From NCBI GenBank assembly GCA_963695875.1, contig CAVOID010000005.1, positions 1-64,000 of the forward strand: DNA of 64,000 bases, given 5' to 3'. A program made the position numbers and the translations under genes. Under the pieces are notes generated by a model, which had not been told where the DNA came from, did not search any database, and worked only from the letters and a program-made list of their open reading frames with translations. The DNA is from an uncultured delta proteobacterium (GTDB lineage Bacteria; Desulfobacterota; Syntrophia; Syntrophales; UBA2185). Within the stretch, counting starts at the first letter, position 1. Each line of letters opens with the position of its first letter. Shown one piece after another: positions 52,519-64,000 of the stretch.

Positions 52519-52887
52519 ATGATTCGAAAAATCGCTGAACGCCTTGCCAAAACGAAATATGTCCGTGACGCCATGGAGGATCCGACGGAACTTAAGGACA
52601 TCCGAAGGGAGCGTTCAACCCGGATGATCGTGGGACTTGTCCTCGTGGGCTTCAGTTACATCATCGGATGGCCGGCTGTGACAGCCCTGGGCATCCTGGC
52701 AGTTTACTTTCGTGAACCCTTGATTGCCTTAGTTGGGGGACCGGTCATCTATGGCTTTTCCCACCTGGTCTTTCTTGCCGGCGCCTGGCTGGCCGGGGCA
52801 CGACATGCACGGATACTGATGAGATACGCCACAAAAGTCCTGTTCAAAAAAATCCTTCACCACAACGCAAGAACATTTCCGGTGTGA
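52519..52887 (+). CDS. Small membrane protein
   Basis: Two to three hydrophobic segments. Confidence 0.65.
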   Translation: MIRKIAERLAKTKYVRDAMEDPTELKDIRRERSTRMIVGLVLVGFSYIIGWPAVTALGILAVYFREPLIALVGGPVIYGFSHLVFLAGAWLAGARHARILMRYATKVLFKKILHHNARTFPV

Positions 52888-52959
52888 AGCTTCATCGGAG
52901 GCTGTCCCTGATGCCGGGTAGCGACCAGTTTTGCCCCTTTAATTTATGGGGACTTTCAT

Positions 52960-53814
52960 CTAAAAAGTAAATATTGCTCCGACATTCAGTCCATACTGGT
53001 TTGTTCTACTTGAGGGCTCATAAAAATAACCGCTCACTGCTCCGTAATATGTACGAGATACTATATCACTTTGGCCAATCGCACTGTATTCATACCAAGG
53101 CTTGACGATAACCGACCAATATTGAGAGAGCTTAAACCGTAAAGGCATTTCAGCGTACCATCCGGTTTTGTTCCCCAATTTGAACTCAGGATCGTTGTAG
53201 CCAGGGTCTAATTCAGAGAAGTAGGCCGTCATCTTGCCATAAAACATTATACGAAGACCAACATTTGGTTCAATGACCAGTCTGTCACCGATGTTAAAAT
53301 CGGCCGAGATACCAACAGGAATATAATGCCAGTAATACCTCTCCTTATAAGAGATGTAGGTTTCCGTTACTTTTGCGTACCCTCGGTCCCACTGACGGTA
53401 ACCATACCCTGTATAGGGCTTGATGGAAATATTATTAGTAACGGCGAAATTGTATCCTATGTTCCATTCTCCGCGAAAAAGAAATTGATGATTATCATCT
53501 GAGAATTTTATCGGCGTTCCGGCTTGTGTGGTACCGTCGAATTCGGTATCACCGTAAGAAAATTCAAAAAAAACCTTCGAATAAACGGCATTTTTTTTAT
53601 TGTAATTCCATCCCAGATAGACACCCGGCAGCCACCCGCTTTCAGTGCTCTTGAAGGGGGCCGGCAGATCTTCTTTATAGTCAAATTTATAATACATAAA
53701 GCTGATTTCAAAATTCTGATTAGCTGAGAGCTTTTGTGCTTCAGCCGCCACGGTAAAAACGGGTAATGCTAAAAAGAACAAACCGATTAAGGTACAAGTG
53801 AACTTAGCCTTCAT
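52960..53814 (-). CDS. Outer membrane beta-barrel protein
   Basis: Signal peptide; Tyr/Trp-rich alternating strands; C-terminal Phe. Confidence 0.8.
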   Translation of the reverse strand: MKAKFTCTLIGLFFLALPVFTVAAEAQKLSANQNFEISFMYYKFDYKEDLPAPFKSTESGWLPGVYLGWNYNKKNAVYSKVFFEFSYGDTEFDGTTQAGTPIKFSDDNHQFLFRGEWNIGYNFAVTNNISIKPYTGYGYRQWDRGYAKVTETYISYKERYYWHYIPVGISADFNIGDRLVIEPNVGLRIMFYGKMTAYFSELDPGYNDPEFKLGNKTGWYAEMPLRFKLSQYWSVIVKPWYEYSAIGQSDIVSRTYYGAVSGYFYEPSSRTNQYGLNVGAIFTF

Positions 53815-54106
53815 AAATCAAATATCCTTTTTCTTGTTTATAATAATGACTGAAATCTTCATCCCCTCGATGTCCGTTTGTCAGGTTGGCTTCGTAGCAT
53901 ATTCAACTATTTTATGCAATTGTTTCGTGTTAGAAATTTCACATGGCGGCTGGAGCATCGAGAATAAACAATTATTTCATAACATATTGTTATCCATATA
54001 TGGATACGTTTATCTCAGCATTTGTTTAATCAATTCTTTTATGATAGTAAAAAGACATTACGTATGCCTGATATTTCCTTCTTAATAAAACAGGTACATC
54101 GTTCCC

Positions 54107-55081
<975 letters not shown>

Positions 55082-55305
55082 TACAAGACCCAAGATGCCT
55101 GGGCTGTAAGCGACAATGATTAACGACTCACCGCATCAAATGGCCTACATATAGTACCAGGGTAATGGCCAGGATATGCAGTATCCACCAGCCTGGTTGC
55201 CATAATAAAAAACGATGCATGAAATCCTCCTCCCGCAACTTTCGGCGCAAACCATTAATGTGTTCACCTAATCATAATTTTGCCATAATCTAGCAGTTAC
55301 TAACT

Positions 55306-55803
55306 TCATTTCCATATCATATAGCCTAAAGTATACACAACACTCAGGGCAACCAGGTGTACCCACCACCAGCCCATATTCGGATAGCGGAAGAACCGGC
55401 CCTTGCGAACGGCATTCTCGGGCTGTTTGAGCAGCTCCAGTTCGAACAGTGCCTTGCCTACGACAAATTTCCCCCACAATATTATGATATCCGCAAGCAG
55501 AGTTTTAAACAGTACCGATTGCGGTGTCCAAACCGCCGGTGCATTTTTCAGAGAGAAATGTGCCATGGCAATAGTCCCGATAATCACTGTCATGCCATTG
55601 AGTACATATCCGAATGCCACGGTCCGGTGGAAGCAAAATAAAACAGTGATGACAACCACACTAAGCATCCCCGATACAGCAGGGATGACATCCCAGGGAT
55701 CTTCACCTAGGGGATGAACGCGGCTATGCAGCAAAAATCCACCTAATGCCAGAAAAAAAAGGGAACAAATCAATAAGACACGCAGATTTTGTTTTTGAGT
55801 CAT
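55306..55803 (-). CDS. Multi-pass membrane protein of unknown function
   Basis: About 5 hydrophobic segments with intramembrane His residues. Confidence 0.7.
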   Translation of the reverse strand: MTQKQNLRVLLICSLFFLALGGFLLHSRVHPLGEDPWDVIPAVSGMLSVVVITVLFCFHRTVAFGYVLNGMTVIIGTIAMAHFSLKNAPAVWTPQSVLFKTLLADIIILWGKFVVGKALFELELLKQPENAVRKGRFFRYPNMGWWWVHLVALSVVYTLGYMIWK

Positions 55804-55980
55804 GCTTCACCCCCTTCGGATTTATAAAAAATCAGCCGGAATACCCCATCCTGTGAAAAGGCAAGAATGGCAACCAGCAACTTTGCGAATGTAATACCAT
55901 CCGATGTTTTACAGATGCTCCGCCCTCCTGGCGGGGAAATTCGCTTTCAGAGGTCAGGTCAATCAGAAGCTGGTCTTCTT

Positions 55981-57090
55981 CTATCTGCACAAAGGCTGAG
56001 GAGTGCCGTATTTAGTCAGGACAATCTGCCAGAGTTGATTGCACCTGGCACGGAACGCTCCGGCAGAAGATAGCAGATAGTATTCCCACATACGTTTGAA
56101 CCTGTCATCGTATCTGCTTTTCAGTTTCGCCCACGCCTTCTGAAAATTTTCGTGCCAGGCCATCAGAGTCTTTTCATAGTGAGGGCTCAGGTTGTGCAGA
56201 TCCTCCATGACGAATAACCCTTCCACGGCTTCACCGATTTGAGCAATACTTGGCAGCATGCCATTGGGAAAGATGTATTTATCTATCCAGGGATCGCAAT
56301 GCATTAGAGATTCATTGCCGCCAATGGTTTGCAGAAGGAAGATACCGTTATCTTTTAGGCAGCGATGGACTGTCTTCATAAAGGTTTTGTAGTTTTTCTG
56401 GCCGACATGTTCAAACATACCGATGGATACGATTTTATCGAATGAACCCTGGAGATCACGGTAATCGCATCTAAGTATCTGAACCGGCAAGTCTTTGCAA
56501 GATTCTCTGGCGTAGCTGATTTGCTTTTCGGATATATTGATGGCGGTCACCTCGCAACTGTAATGTTCCGCAATATACTTTGCAAATCCTCCCCAGCCAC
56601 AGCCCACATCCAGTAGATGATCTTCTTTGCCGAGACTGATTTTTTTGCAGATCAGGTCGATTTTTCTCTGCTGGGCTTCATTCAAGTCTTCTGTTCCATC
56701 GAAATATGCACAACTATATTGATTGTACGGGTCGAGAAATGACATGAACAGTTCATTATCAAGATCATAGTGTCGCTCAGCAACAATGGCGGAGCGTATC
56801 TTCGACTGTAGATTGAATATAACAGCAGACAGGATTGGCATAAGGGATTTAAAGCCACCTTTGATTTTTGTATCAAGTCCGGCTGTCAGGATCTTACATA
56901 TGAATTCATCCAGTTGCTGGCAATCCCACCACCCCTCCATGTATGATTCACCGAGACCAAGATTCTTGTTCTGCAACATCTGCAGGAAAGTACGGTCATC
57001 TCTGACCCGTATATCCCATGGACTGTTACCATTGATAGTAATACCGATGGGAGCAAGCATTTTTTCAATCATATATTTTTGTCTGAGCAT
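55981..57090 (-). CDS. cfa: Cyclopropane-fatty-acyl-phospholipid synthase
   Basis: GLGESYM.GWW, HYDL, YSCAY, LDVGCGWGG, GMFEHVG, KYIFPNG. Confidence 0.95.
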   Translation of the reverse strand: MLRQKYMIEKMLAPIGITINGNSPWDIRVRDDRTFLQMLQNKNLGLGESYMEGWWDCQQLDEFICKILTAGLDTKIKGGFKSLMPILSAVIFNLQSKIRSAIVAERHYDLDNELFMSFLDPYNQYSCAYFDGTEDLNEAQQRKIDLICKKISLGKEDHLLDVGCGWGGFAKYIAEHYSCEVTAINISEKQISYARESCKDLPVQILRCDYRDLQGSFDKIVSIGMFEHVGQKNYKTFMKTVHRCLKDNGIFLLQTIGGNESLMHCDPWIDKYIFPNGMLPSIAQIGEAVEGLFVMEDLHNLSPHYEKTLMAWHENFQKAWAKLKSRYDDRFKRMWEYYLLSSAGAFRARCNQLWQIVLTKYGTPQPLCR

Positions 57091-57403
57091 CGCGCGCCTC
57101 CTCTATATGCGGCTAATTATATTGCCTGCTATTTTGAAGACGTTGTTGAAATAGTGAGTAAATGATCCGCCTCTGCCAATCATTAAAAAAAGATAATGTA
57201 AAGTATGGACGGTTACAATAGTAGTTGAATGAATGCAAAATGGCAGGCTAATATTACCACGCTGAGGATATTTGCTATTGTAGTATTTACCTACCACTAT
57301 ACTTGCATTAAACCATCCTTGTATTTTATTAAGCGACAATCTATAAAAAATGCAAATTATAGAAATAACCATCTAAATTAACAATTTTGGAAAGGATGGT
57401 AAT

Positions 57404-57745
57404 ATGATTTATCTACCAATAATATTATTTGCTATTGCGGCGCTCGGCGGTTTGGCGCTAATTTATCTAAAGTTCAGTGGACAAGTAATTCCAATGTATC
57501 TGGCTATCGTCCATGGACTTTTCGCAGCAGCAGGGCTTGTTGCATTAATAGTCAATGTTTACATGAACACGGCAATCACCCTGATGAACATATCTCTGGC
57601 GTTATTTGTTATCGTGGCCATAGGCGGCTTTATCCTTTTCTCATTCTACTTGAGGAAGAAAGAACTTCCTGATGCATTGATTGCGATACATGGCTCAGGT
57701 GCGGTTATCTCCTTTGTATTGCTTTTGATTGCGGTATTTGCATAG
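57404..57745 (+). CDS. Small 4-TM membrane protein
   Basis: Hydrophobic, with repeated xxHG motifs (AIVHG, AIHG). Confidence 0.7.
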   Translation: MIYLPIILFAIAALGGLALIYLKFSGQVIPMYLAIVHGLFAAAGLVALIVNVYMNTAITLMNISLALFVIVAIGGFILFSFYLRKKELPDALIAIHGSGAVISFVLLLIAVFA

Positions 57746-57828
57746 CGTCATCGGTGGACATATATTTTGGTTCCCTTAGATAATGGCAATTCAGGTTGGT
57801 GAAGTGGATTAAATTCAAGGAGGAAGCA

Positions 57829-58350
57829 ATGAGAAAAATAATTTTTGTCTTTTTCATTGTAATATTCATTACCAGTTATGCCCTGGCTGACGAAACAGTC
57901 ATACAGATCTATCTGGTAAATGATCAGGGAATCGGTAAAAATATTGGTGTGGTCACTGCTACTGACAGCCAGTATGGTCTCATCCTCGTTCCGCAATTAA
58001 GGGATCTTGCGCCCGGCATACATGGATTTCATGTACATCAGAACCCTGATTGCGGTCATGCCATGAAAGATGGCAAGCATGTCGCGGGACTGGCTGCAGG
58101 AGGACACCTCGACCCGCTTAAGACAGGCAAACATGAAGGACCATACGGAAAAGGACACCTGGGAGATCTCCCGGTCCTTTATGTGGATGCGGACGGCAGG
58201 GCGACGTTGCCCGTGCTTGCGCCCAGGCTGAAAGTTGCGGACCTGAAGGGGAAATCACTGATGATACACGCCGGCGGCGATAATTATTCAGATACCCCTG
58301 AGGGGCTTGGCGGTGGCGGTGCAAGGATTGGCTGCGGCGCGATCAAATAA
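57829..58350 (+). CDS. sodC: Periplasmic Cu,Zn superoxide dismutase
   Basis: [34 protein letters not shown]; signal peptide. Confidence 0.96.
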   Translation: MRKIIFVFFIVIFITSYALADETVIQIYLVNDQGIGKNIGVVTATDSQYGLILVPQLRDLAPGIHGFHVHQNPDCGHAMKDGKHVAGLAAGGHLDPLKTGKHEGPYGKGHLGDLPVLYVDADGRATLPVLAPRLKVADLKGKSLMIHAGGDNYSDTPEGLGGGGARIGCGAIK

Positions 58351-58472
58351 AGTAAATGTTGAGCCGCCCTGAATATTTCATATCATAGGCGGCCGCTTTG
58401 GTTTATTTATCAGGACAAAGAAAATAGCCTGTTTACGGAGATAGTAAAACTCTATCTTTTTCCCCTTCTGTA

Positions 58473-58510
58473 CAAAGGCCATCAACGGATGATCCCGGAG
58501 ATGGCCTTTG
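58473..58510. terminator. Hairpin between convergent genes
   Basis: CAAAGGCCATC / GATGGCCTTTG 11-bp stem. Confidence 0.55.
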
Positions 58511-58535
58511 CATTTTAAATTCTATTGCCGTTGAC

Positions 58536-59168
58536 TTAAAATACCTTTTGAAAATCCCTGTCTCTGAAAATGGTGGCTATCATCTGATCTACAAGCTTGT
58601 AGGCCCCTTTTTCAAGTTCCTTGGTATCCTGGCTGGATACCGGCTTGACGGTTACGGTATAATCTTTCTGTAATTTGCTCTCACCATTTTTTAACAGCAA
58701 AACCTGAAACTTTGCCTCCTGGTCCGTCATCGATGTCAGAATGAGTTGGAATTCGGTGGCTCCCTTAACCGCCGCTGGTGCTCGCGGCGGCGGTGCTGCA
58801 CCCCACCAGTAGGGGTGATATGGATTCCAGTAACCGCCATAGGACTGGTCATAGACCTTCATACCCATTTGCTGAAAGGCTTTCTGGAAGCAGTACCATA
58901 GATAGGACTCGAGGTGCGTGGTTGCTTCATAGTATGTTTTGTTATCAGCGCTGTTATAACCCCATTGCTTCGTGTTGGCTGCCTGATTGATGAAGTTGTC
59001 AAGAATCACCGCCTTGCCCTTAAAATGACCGAACTCCGCTGACCGGATACCGGGTGTATAGCTTTCCTGTTTCACGGTGACCTTCGTACCTGCCGCGCAT
59101 CCGAACATCAAAAAAGCTGCTGCAATGCATGTCAGATATCGAATCTGAATGAATTTCCTTTTCATCAC
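58536..59168 (-). CDS. Lipoprotein of unknown function
   Basis: Lipobox LMFGC; RBS GGAGG. Confidence 0.75.
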   Translation of the reverse strand: MMKRKFIQIRYLTCIAAAFLMFGCAAGTKVTVKQESYTPGIRSAEFGHFKGKAVILDNFINQAANTKQWGYNSADNKTYYEATTHLESYLWYCFQKAFQQMGMKVYDQSYGGYWNPYHPYWWGAAPPPRAPAAVKGATEFQLILTSMTDQEAKFQVLLLKNGESKLQKDYTVTVKPVSSQDTKELEKGAYKLVDQMIATIFRDRDFQKVF

Positions 59169-59483
59169 CTTCCTCCTCTCTTTTTAAATAACATGTCTCG
59201 ATCCAAGATCATTCATTCAAGATGAATGACTCATATGCTGCATGTTGGGAAGCTTTACCGGAAATTTGTCGCCCTCTATGAATCTCTTTTGTTTGTGTAA
59301 ATATAAGTATAGGAAACGGATAGTCATGAGTCAAGAAGAAAATGGCCACAATATGGCAAGACTATATTGATGCTGATATCCGGCAGCCAAGAATATTCTC
59401 AAGTTGCTTTATCAAATGTCTTTTGGTATCGTACCGGCGCGCTGATATTCATTATCACGGCAGGAAAAAGGTCTTGGCAAAAA

Positions 59484-62469
59484 ATGGCAGACAGGATTGA
59501 AATAGGATTCAAAGAAGGGATAAGAGACGCCCTCGGGGAAAAGATTAAGAGAAGAATCGTCGAACATCTACACATCGATGTTGATTGCGTGAAAACCATT
59601 GAAGTCCATACCATCGATGGAAAGCTGACCCGTGAGGATCTGAAAATGGCCGCTGCCGGCCCTCTGTCAGATCCGATCATCCAGAATTTCGCCATCAACA
59701 GCGGCCTGGCTGACAGGTTCGACTGGATGATTGAGGTGGGATTCAGACCGGGTGTTACAGATAATGTTGGAAAGACTGCCAGAGAGGCTATTGAGTTGCT
59801 CCTGGGGAAAACATCGGACCGGCTTTCCGGGGTTCATACATCAAGACAGTATGTGATTGAGGGGCCGATACGCCGTAAAGATGCAGAGAGAATCGCCTCG
59901 AGCCTTCTCGCCAATGATCTCATTGAGACGGTACACAATCGTTGATGGAAAATCCTGGGACAAGCGTAAGGGCATGCCTGCCTATGTGCCGCGTGTCATC
60001 GGTGAAGACCGCCTCAGTGTTGAAGAAATCAATCTCAATGTCAGCGACGAGACGCTTCTTAAAATCAGCAACGAACGCGTCCTTGCTTTGAATTTGGATG
60101 AGATGAAAGCCCTGCGGAATTATCTGAGAAATGAGGCGATACTGGGGGAGAGGAAAAAGGTAGGTCTAGGTGAAAAAATGACCGATGCCGAGCTGGAATG
60201 TCTGGCCCAGACATGGTCCGAACACTGCAAGCACAAGATATTCAATGCACTGATTGTTTATGAAGACGAACGCGGCAAAAGGGAGGAGATAAATTCAATA
60301 TTCGACAGCTATATCAGGAGATCCACAAAGGAGATCAGAGAGCGCTTGGGTAAGGATGACTGGTGCCTGTCCGTGTTTGTCGACAATGCCGGAATTATTA
60401 AATTCAATGACGAGTACAATCTTGTATTCAAAGTGGAGACGCACAATTCTCCTTCAGCCCTCGATCCCTATGGCGGCGCCCTGACGGGGATTGTCGGAGT
60501 CAACAGAGACCCCTTCGGAACCGGAAAAGGGGCCAAGCTGATTTTCAACACGGATGTCTTCTGTTTCGCACCACCCGCGTATGATAAGCCACTCCCGAAG
60601 CGGATCCTCCATCCGAGAAGAATCTATGAAGGTGTTCGGGAAGGCGTCGAGCACGGCGGGAATAAGAGCGGCATCCCGACGGTTAACGGGTGCATCGTAT
60701 TTGACGAGCGATTCCTGGGGAAACCGCTTGTGTACTGTGGAACAGGCGGCATCATGCCGTCTCGCATCCGGGGAGAGCCTACGCATACGAAAGAGATACT
60801 GCCCGGTGATGCGGCTGTCATGGCCGGAGGCAGAATCGGAAAAGACGGGATTCACGGTGCCACGTTTTCTTCTGAGGAGCTTCATGAGGGTTCCCCCGTG
60901 ACAGCTGTCCAGATCGGTGATCCCATCACTCAGAAAAAGATGACTGATTTTCTCCTGATTGCCAGAGACCGCGGCCTCTATCGGTGCATTACGGATAACG
61001 GCGCAGGCGGTCTTTCTTCCTCTGTCGGTGAGACAGCCCGCTTATCCGGCGGCTGTGAAATCGACCTGAAAAAAGCTCCCCTGAAGTATCCCGGGTTGAA
61101 CCCCTGGGAAATTCTCATCTCTGAATCGCAGGAGAGGATGACACTGGCGGTCGCCCCGGAGAAGGTCGGAGAATTCCTTGACCTCGCGCAGAAGATGGAT
61201 GTGGAGGCGACCGTTGTCGGCAGATATACGGATTCGGGAAGGTTCCATGTTCTTTATGGAGACCAAACGGTTGCCTATCTGGAGATGGATTTCCTCCACG
61301 GCGGGGTTCCACAGATGCGGCTCTCGGCAAAATGGACACCGCCCAGGCATCCGGAGCCTGATTTTCCCGAGCCCGCCGACTATGGGGCAGGCCCTGAAAG
61401 AAATGCTCTCCCGACTGAATATCTGCAGCAAGGAGTCTGTCGTCAGGCGGTATGACCATGAGGTTCAGGGAGGCAGTGTTATCAAACCGCTGGTTGGTGT
61501 TTATAATGACGGGCCGGGCGACGCCGCCGTGATCCGGCCTGTTCTTGACTTCCTTCGAGGGTGTGGTGGTGGCCAGTGGCATCTGCCCCCGCTACAGTGA
61601 TATTGATACCTACCATATGGCCGCATGCGCAATTGATGAGGCTGTCAGGAACGCTATTGCCGTGGGCGGAAGCCTGGAGCAGATGGCCGGACTGGATAAC
61701 TTCTGCTGGTGTGATCCGGTCCAGTCGGAAAAAACGCCCGACGGCGAGTATAAACTGGCCCAACTCGTCCGTGCAAACGAGGCTCTGTATGATTACACAA
61801 CGGCTTATGGTGTTCCCTGCATTTCGGGAAAAGACAGTATGAAGAATGACTACCATATCGGGAATGTAAAAATATCGATCCCTCCGACGCTTCTGTTTTC
61901 TACCATAGGAAATATCAGAGGATGTACGGAAAGCAATCACCATGGACGCGAAGCGCCCGGGTGATCTGGTCTATATCGTCGGTGAGACTTATGCTGAATT
62001 GGGCGGTTCCGAGTGGTATGCCATGCATGGCTGCATAGGGAATGGAGTCCCAAGGGTCAATGCAGAAAAGGCGAAGGCATTGTACAACGCACTGAGCGGG
62101 GCCATTCAGGAAGGGGCTCGTCGCTTCCTGTCACGATTGTTCTGACGGGGGCCTGGGTATTGCCCTTGCCGAGTCGGCTTTTGCCGGCGGTTTGGGCATG
62201 TCGATCGATCTTGCTCTTGTTCCTTCTTCCGGTATTGACCGGGATGACGCGCTTCTTTTCTCAGAGTCCCAGAGCAGATTTGTCGTTACAATTCCCCCCG
62301 CTGTGAAAGAAGTCTTTCGAGGAAATGATGAAGGGAGTTATCTTCAGTCAGGTGGGAACAATCCTTGCCGAAGGGTCTATTAAAGATGGATGGAATCAGA
62401 GGAAACAGGATCATTGAGGAAGATATAAGCGAGTTAAAAGCAGCATGGCAAAAGCCGCTGGACTTTTAG
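59484..62469 (+). CDS. purL: Phosphoribosylformylglycinamidine synthase subunit PurL, several frameshifts as assembled
   Basis: PGVTDNVG, QTWSEHCKH, KVETHNSPS, DGIHGA, DNGAGG, SESQER, YDHEVQ, SGKDS. Confidence 0.95.
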
Positions 62470-62496
62470 CGTTCGACAAGGGGTTGTTTACAGGGT

Positions 62497-63324
62497 ATGC
62501 CGAAAAAAGTTAAATCAATCGTCATTACGGGAAACGGAACTAACTGTGAGATGGAGATGGCCCACGCTTGCAGACTCGCAGGCTTCGATGAGGTGGATAT
62601 CGTCCACATCAGCGAATTACTCTACGGTGAAAAAAGCCTCGATGATTACCATTTTCTTAACCTGCCCGGCGGTTTTCTGGACGGCGACGATTTGGGATCG
62701 GCGAAAGCGGGAGCAAACCGTATCCTGCATGCGAAGGTCAAAGGGAAACAGGAGATACTATACGATCAGTTTGCGAGGTTTATCGAACAGGGTAAGCTGA
62801 TCCTGGGCGTCTGTAACGGCTTCCAGCTGCTTGTTAAACTGGGCATGCTTCCCGGCTTTGACGGAGATTACCGGACGCAGACCGTAACCTTGACTTTCAA
62901 CGATTCGGGCCGCTTTGAAGATCGATGGGTCTATCTCTGGGTGAACCGTGATTCCCCCTGCATCTTCACAAGAAATATAGGGGGGCTGTATCTACCCGTA
63001 CGACACGGGGAGGGAAAGTTCATTACGAAAGATGAGGATATTCTCGAAAGGTTACACGATGATCGCCAGGTCGCTGTTCAGTACAGTCATCATGATTATG
63101 CGGATATCGCCATGGACTATCCCGCCAATCCTAACGGTGCTATAGACGGCATCGCCGGTATCTGCAATGAGACGGGAAGGATCTTCGGCCTTATGCCCCA
63201 TCCGGAGGCCTATCTCCACTACACCAACCATCCCCGCTGGACCCGGGAAAAACTTCCAGAGGAAGGGATGGGTCTTGCTATTTTCAAGAATGCTGTCGAT
63301 TTTATCAGGAAGGCCTCATTTTAA
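62497..63324 (+). CDS. purQ: FGAM synthase glutaminase subunit
   Basis: GTNC, PGGF..GD, GVCNGFQ, HGEG, MPHPE. Confidence 0.96.
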   Translation: MPKKVKSIVITGNGTNCEMEMAHACRLAGFDEVDIVHISELLYGEKSLDDYHFLNLPGGFLDGDDLGSAKAGANRILHAKVKGKQEILYDQFARFIEQGKLILGVCNGFQLLVKLGMLPGFDGDYRTQTVTLTFNDSGRFEDRWVYLWVNRDSPCIFTRNIGGLYLPVRHGEGKFITKDEDILERLHDDRQVAVQYSHHDYADIAMDYPANPNGAIDGIAGICNETGRIFGLMPHPEAYLHYTNHPRWTREKLPEEGMGLAIFKNAVDFIRKASF

Positions 63325-63554
63325 TGACTTCTTTCTGTGGCGGCTTATAATATAATTCCCTTATTTCTTGCTTCTTCCGTTTTTTTCATATTACATTTCA
63401 TAAATAGCGCGATTTGAGGTAAGACGTTTTGGAAGCTATCGCTAAGATATTTGGAGATTTAGAATCATGCATCCCCTTATAGCCGGCTCCTTGAATCGTA
63501 ATATAATATTATCCTAATTATAGGAGAAATTTTCGGCGGATCAACGCGGGGAAT

Positions 63555-63827
63555 ATGATGGAAAATTTTAAAAAGCCGGCAGCCTTTCTTTTTGCGAGCT
63601 GTCTATTGCTTCTCGTCTCTTGTTCAGGAGACAGACTGTATTATTCTAACAAACAAAATCCTGTCGACGATATAAGGAAAAGCTTTGGGGAGCCTCTGGC
63701 AGTTGAGAGTTTGGCCGACGGATCTGAAAGGATCATGTACCTTGTTCATGATCCTATGGGTTCGGGCTATAGTGTAAGGTATTTCATCATCCGAGACGGC
63801 AAAGTTGTTGGCGGCGGCGTTCGATAA
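63555..63827 (+). CDS. Small lipoprotein
   Basis: Lipobox LLVSC; SmpA/OmlA-like short domain. Confidence 0.6.
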   Translation: MMENFKKPAAFLFASCLLLLVSCSGDRLYYSNKQNPVDDIRKSFGEPLAVESLADGSERIMYLVHDPMGSGYSVRYFIIRDGKVVGGGVR

Positions 63828-64000
63828 AGGAGACGGGATTTCACAACTTGGTGTTTCTTTAATCGGAATTTTAGAAGGATGCGACCACAAAACGCTCTGG
63901 GATTTCGGCTCGCCGGGATGACGGCGTTGCAACCATATTAAAAAAGCTATACTATTTTATTCCTCCGGATATGATCAGGGTCTGATAATTCTGGAGGTGG

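Noticed and set aside
59170..59483. Purine or ZTP riboswitch upstream of purL
   Set aside because: No recognisable conserved aptamer motifs
59484..62469. purL pseudogene or programmed frameshifting
   Set aside because: Several scattered indels with intact motifs fit sequencing error better

Overview
Bacterial DNA, probably from an anaerobic Desulfobacterota/Syntrophales-like organism (inferred from protein style and gene order only). Many single-base indels, including several in purL, look like long-read assembly errors. Left to right: (1) 1-6.3 kb, an AT-rich island at the 3' end of a tRNA-Ser/Ser/Arg cluster, with a short tyrosine recombinase plus RHH gene and a 6-TM hybrid histidine kinase directly followed by a PhcB-like SAM methyltransferase (candidate lipid-signal module). 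(2) 6.7-17.4 kb, mostly housekeeping genes (serS, murJ, yggU/yggT, MenA-like, proC, pal, VTT protein, flavoprotein disulfide reductase). (3) 17.4-49.4 kb, the main finding: a ~32 kb type II FAS/PKS lipid cluster with 4 ACPs, 4 elongating ketosynthases (one fused to a CLF-like domain), FabH, 5 radical SAM enzymes (3 B12-binding), a phytoene-desaturase-like enzyme, 2 dehydratases, 2 thioesterases, PlsY, PlsC-like and LpxL-like acyltransferases, a GT2 and an MMPL-methyltransferase fusion. It combines flexirubin/aryl-polyene-like and anammox 'ladderane-candidate'-like features, has no ketoreductase, and is interrupted at about 35-39 kb. (4) 49.4-64 kb, envelope genes (MipA, a repeat-bearing coiled-coil protein, a beta-barrel, a rhomboid-DnaJ_C fusion), cfa, sodC, purL and purQ. 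All family calls come from motif recognition by eye; no searches were run.
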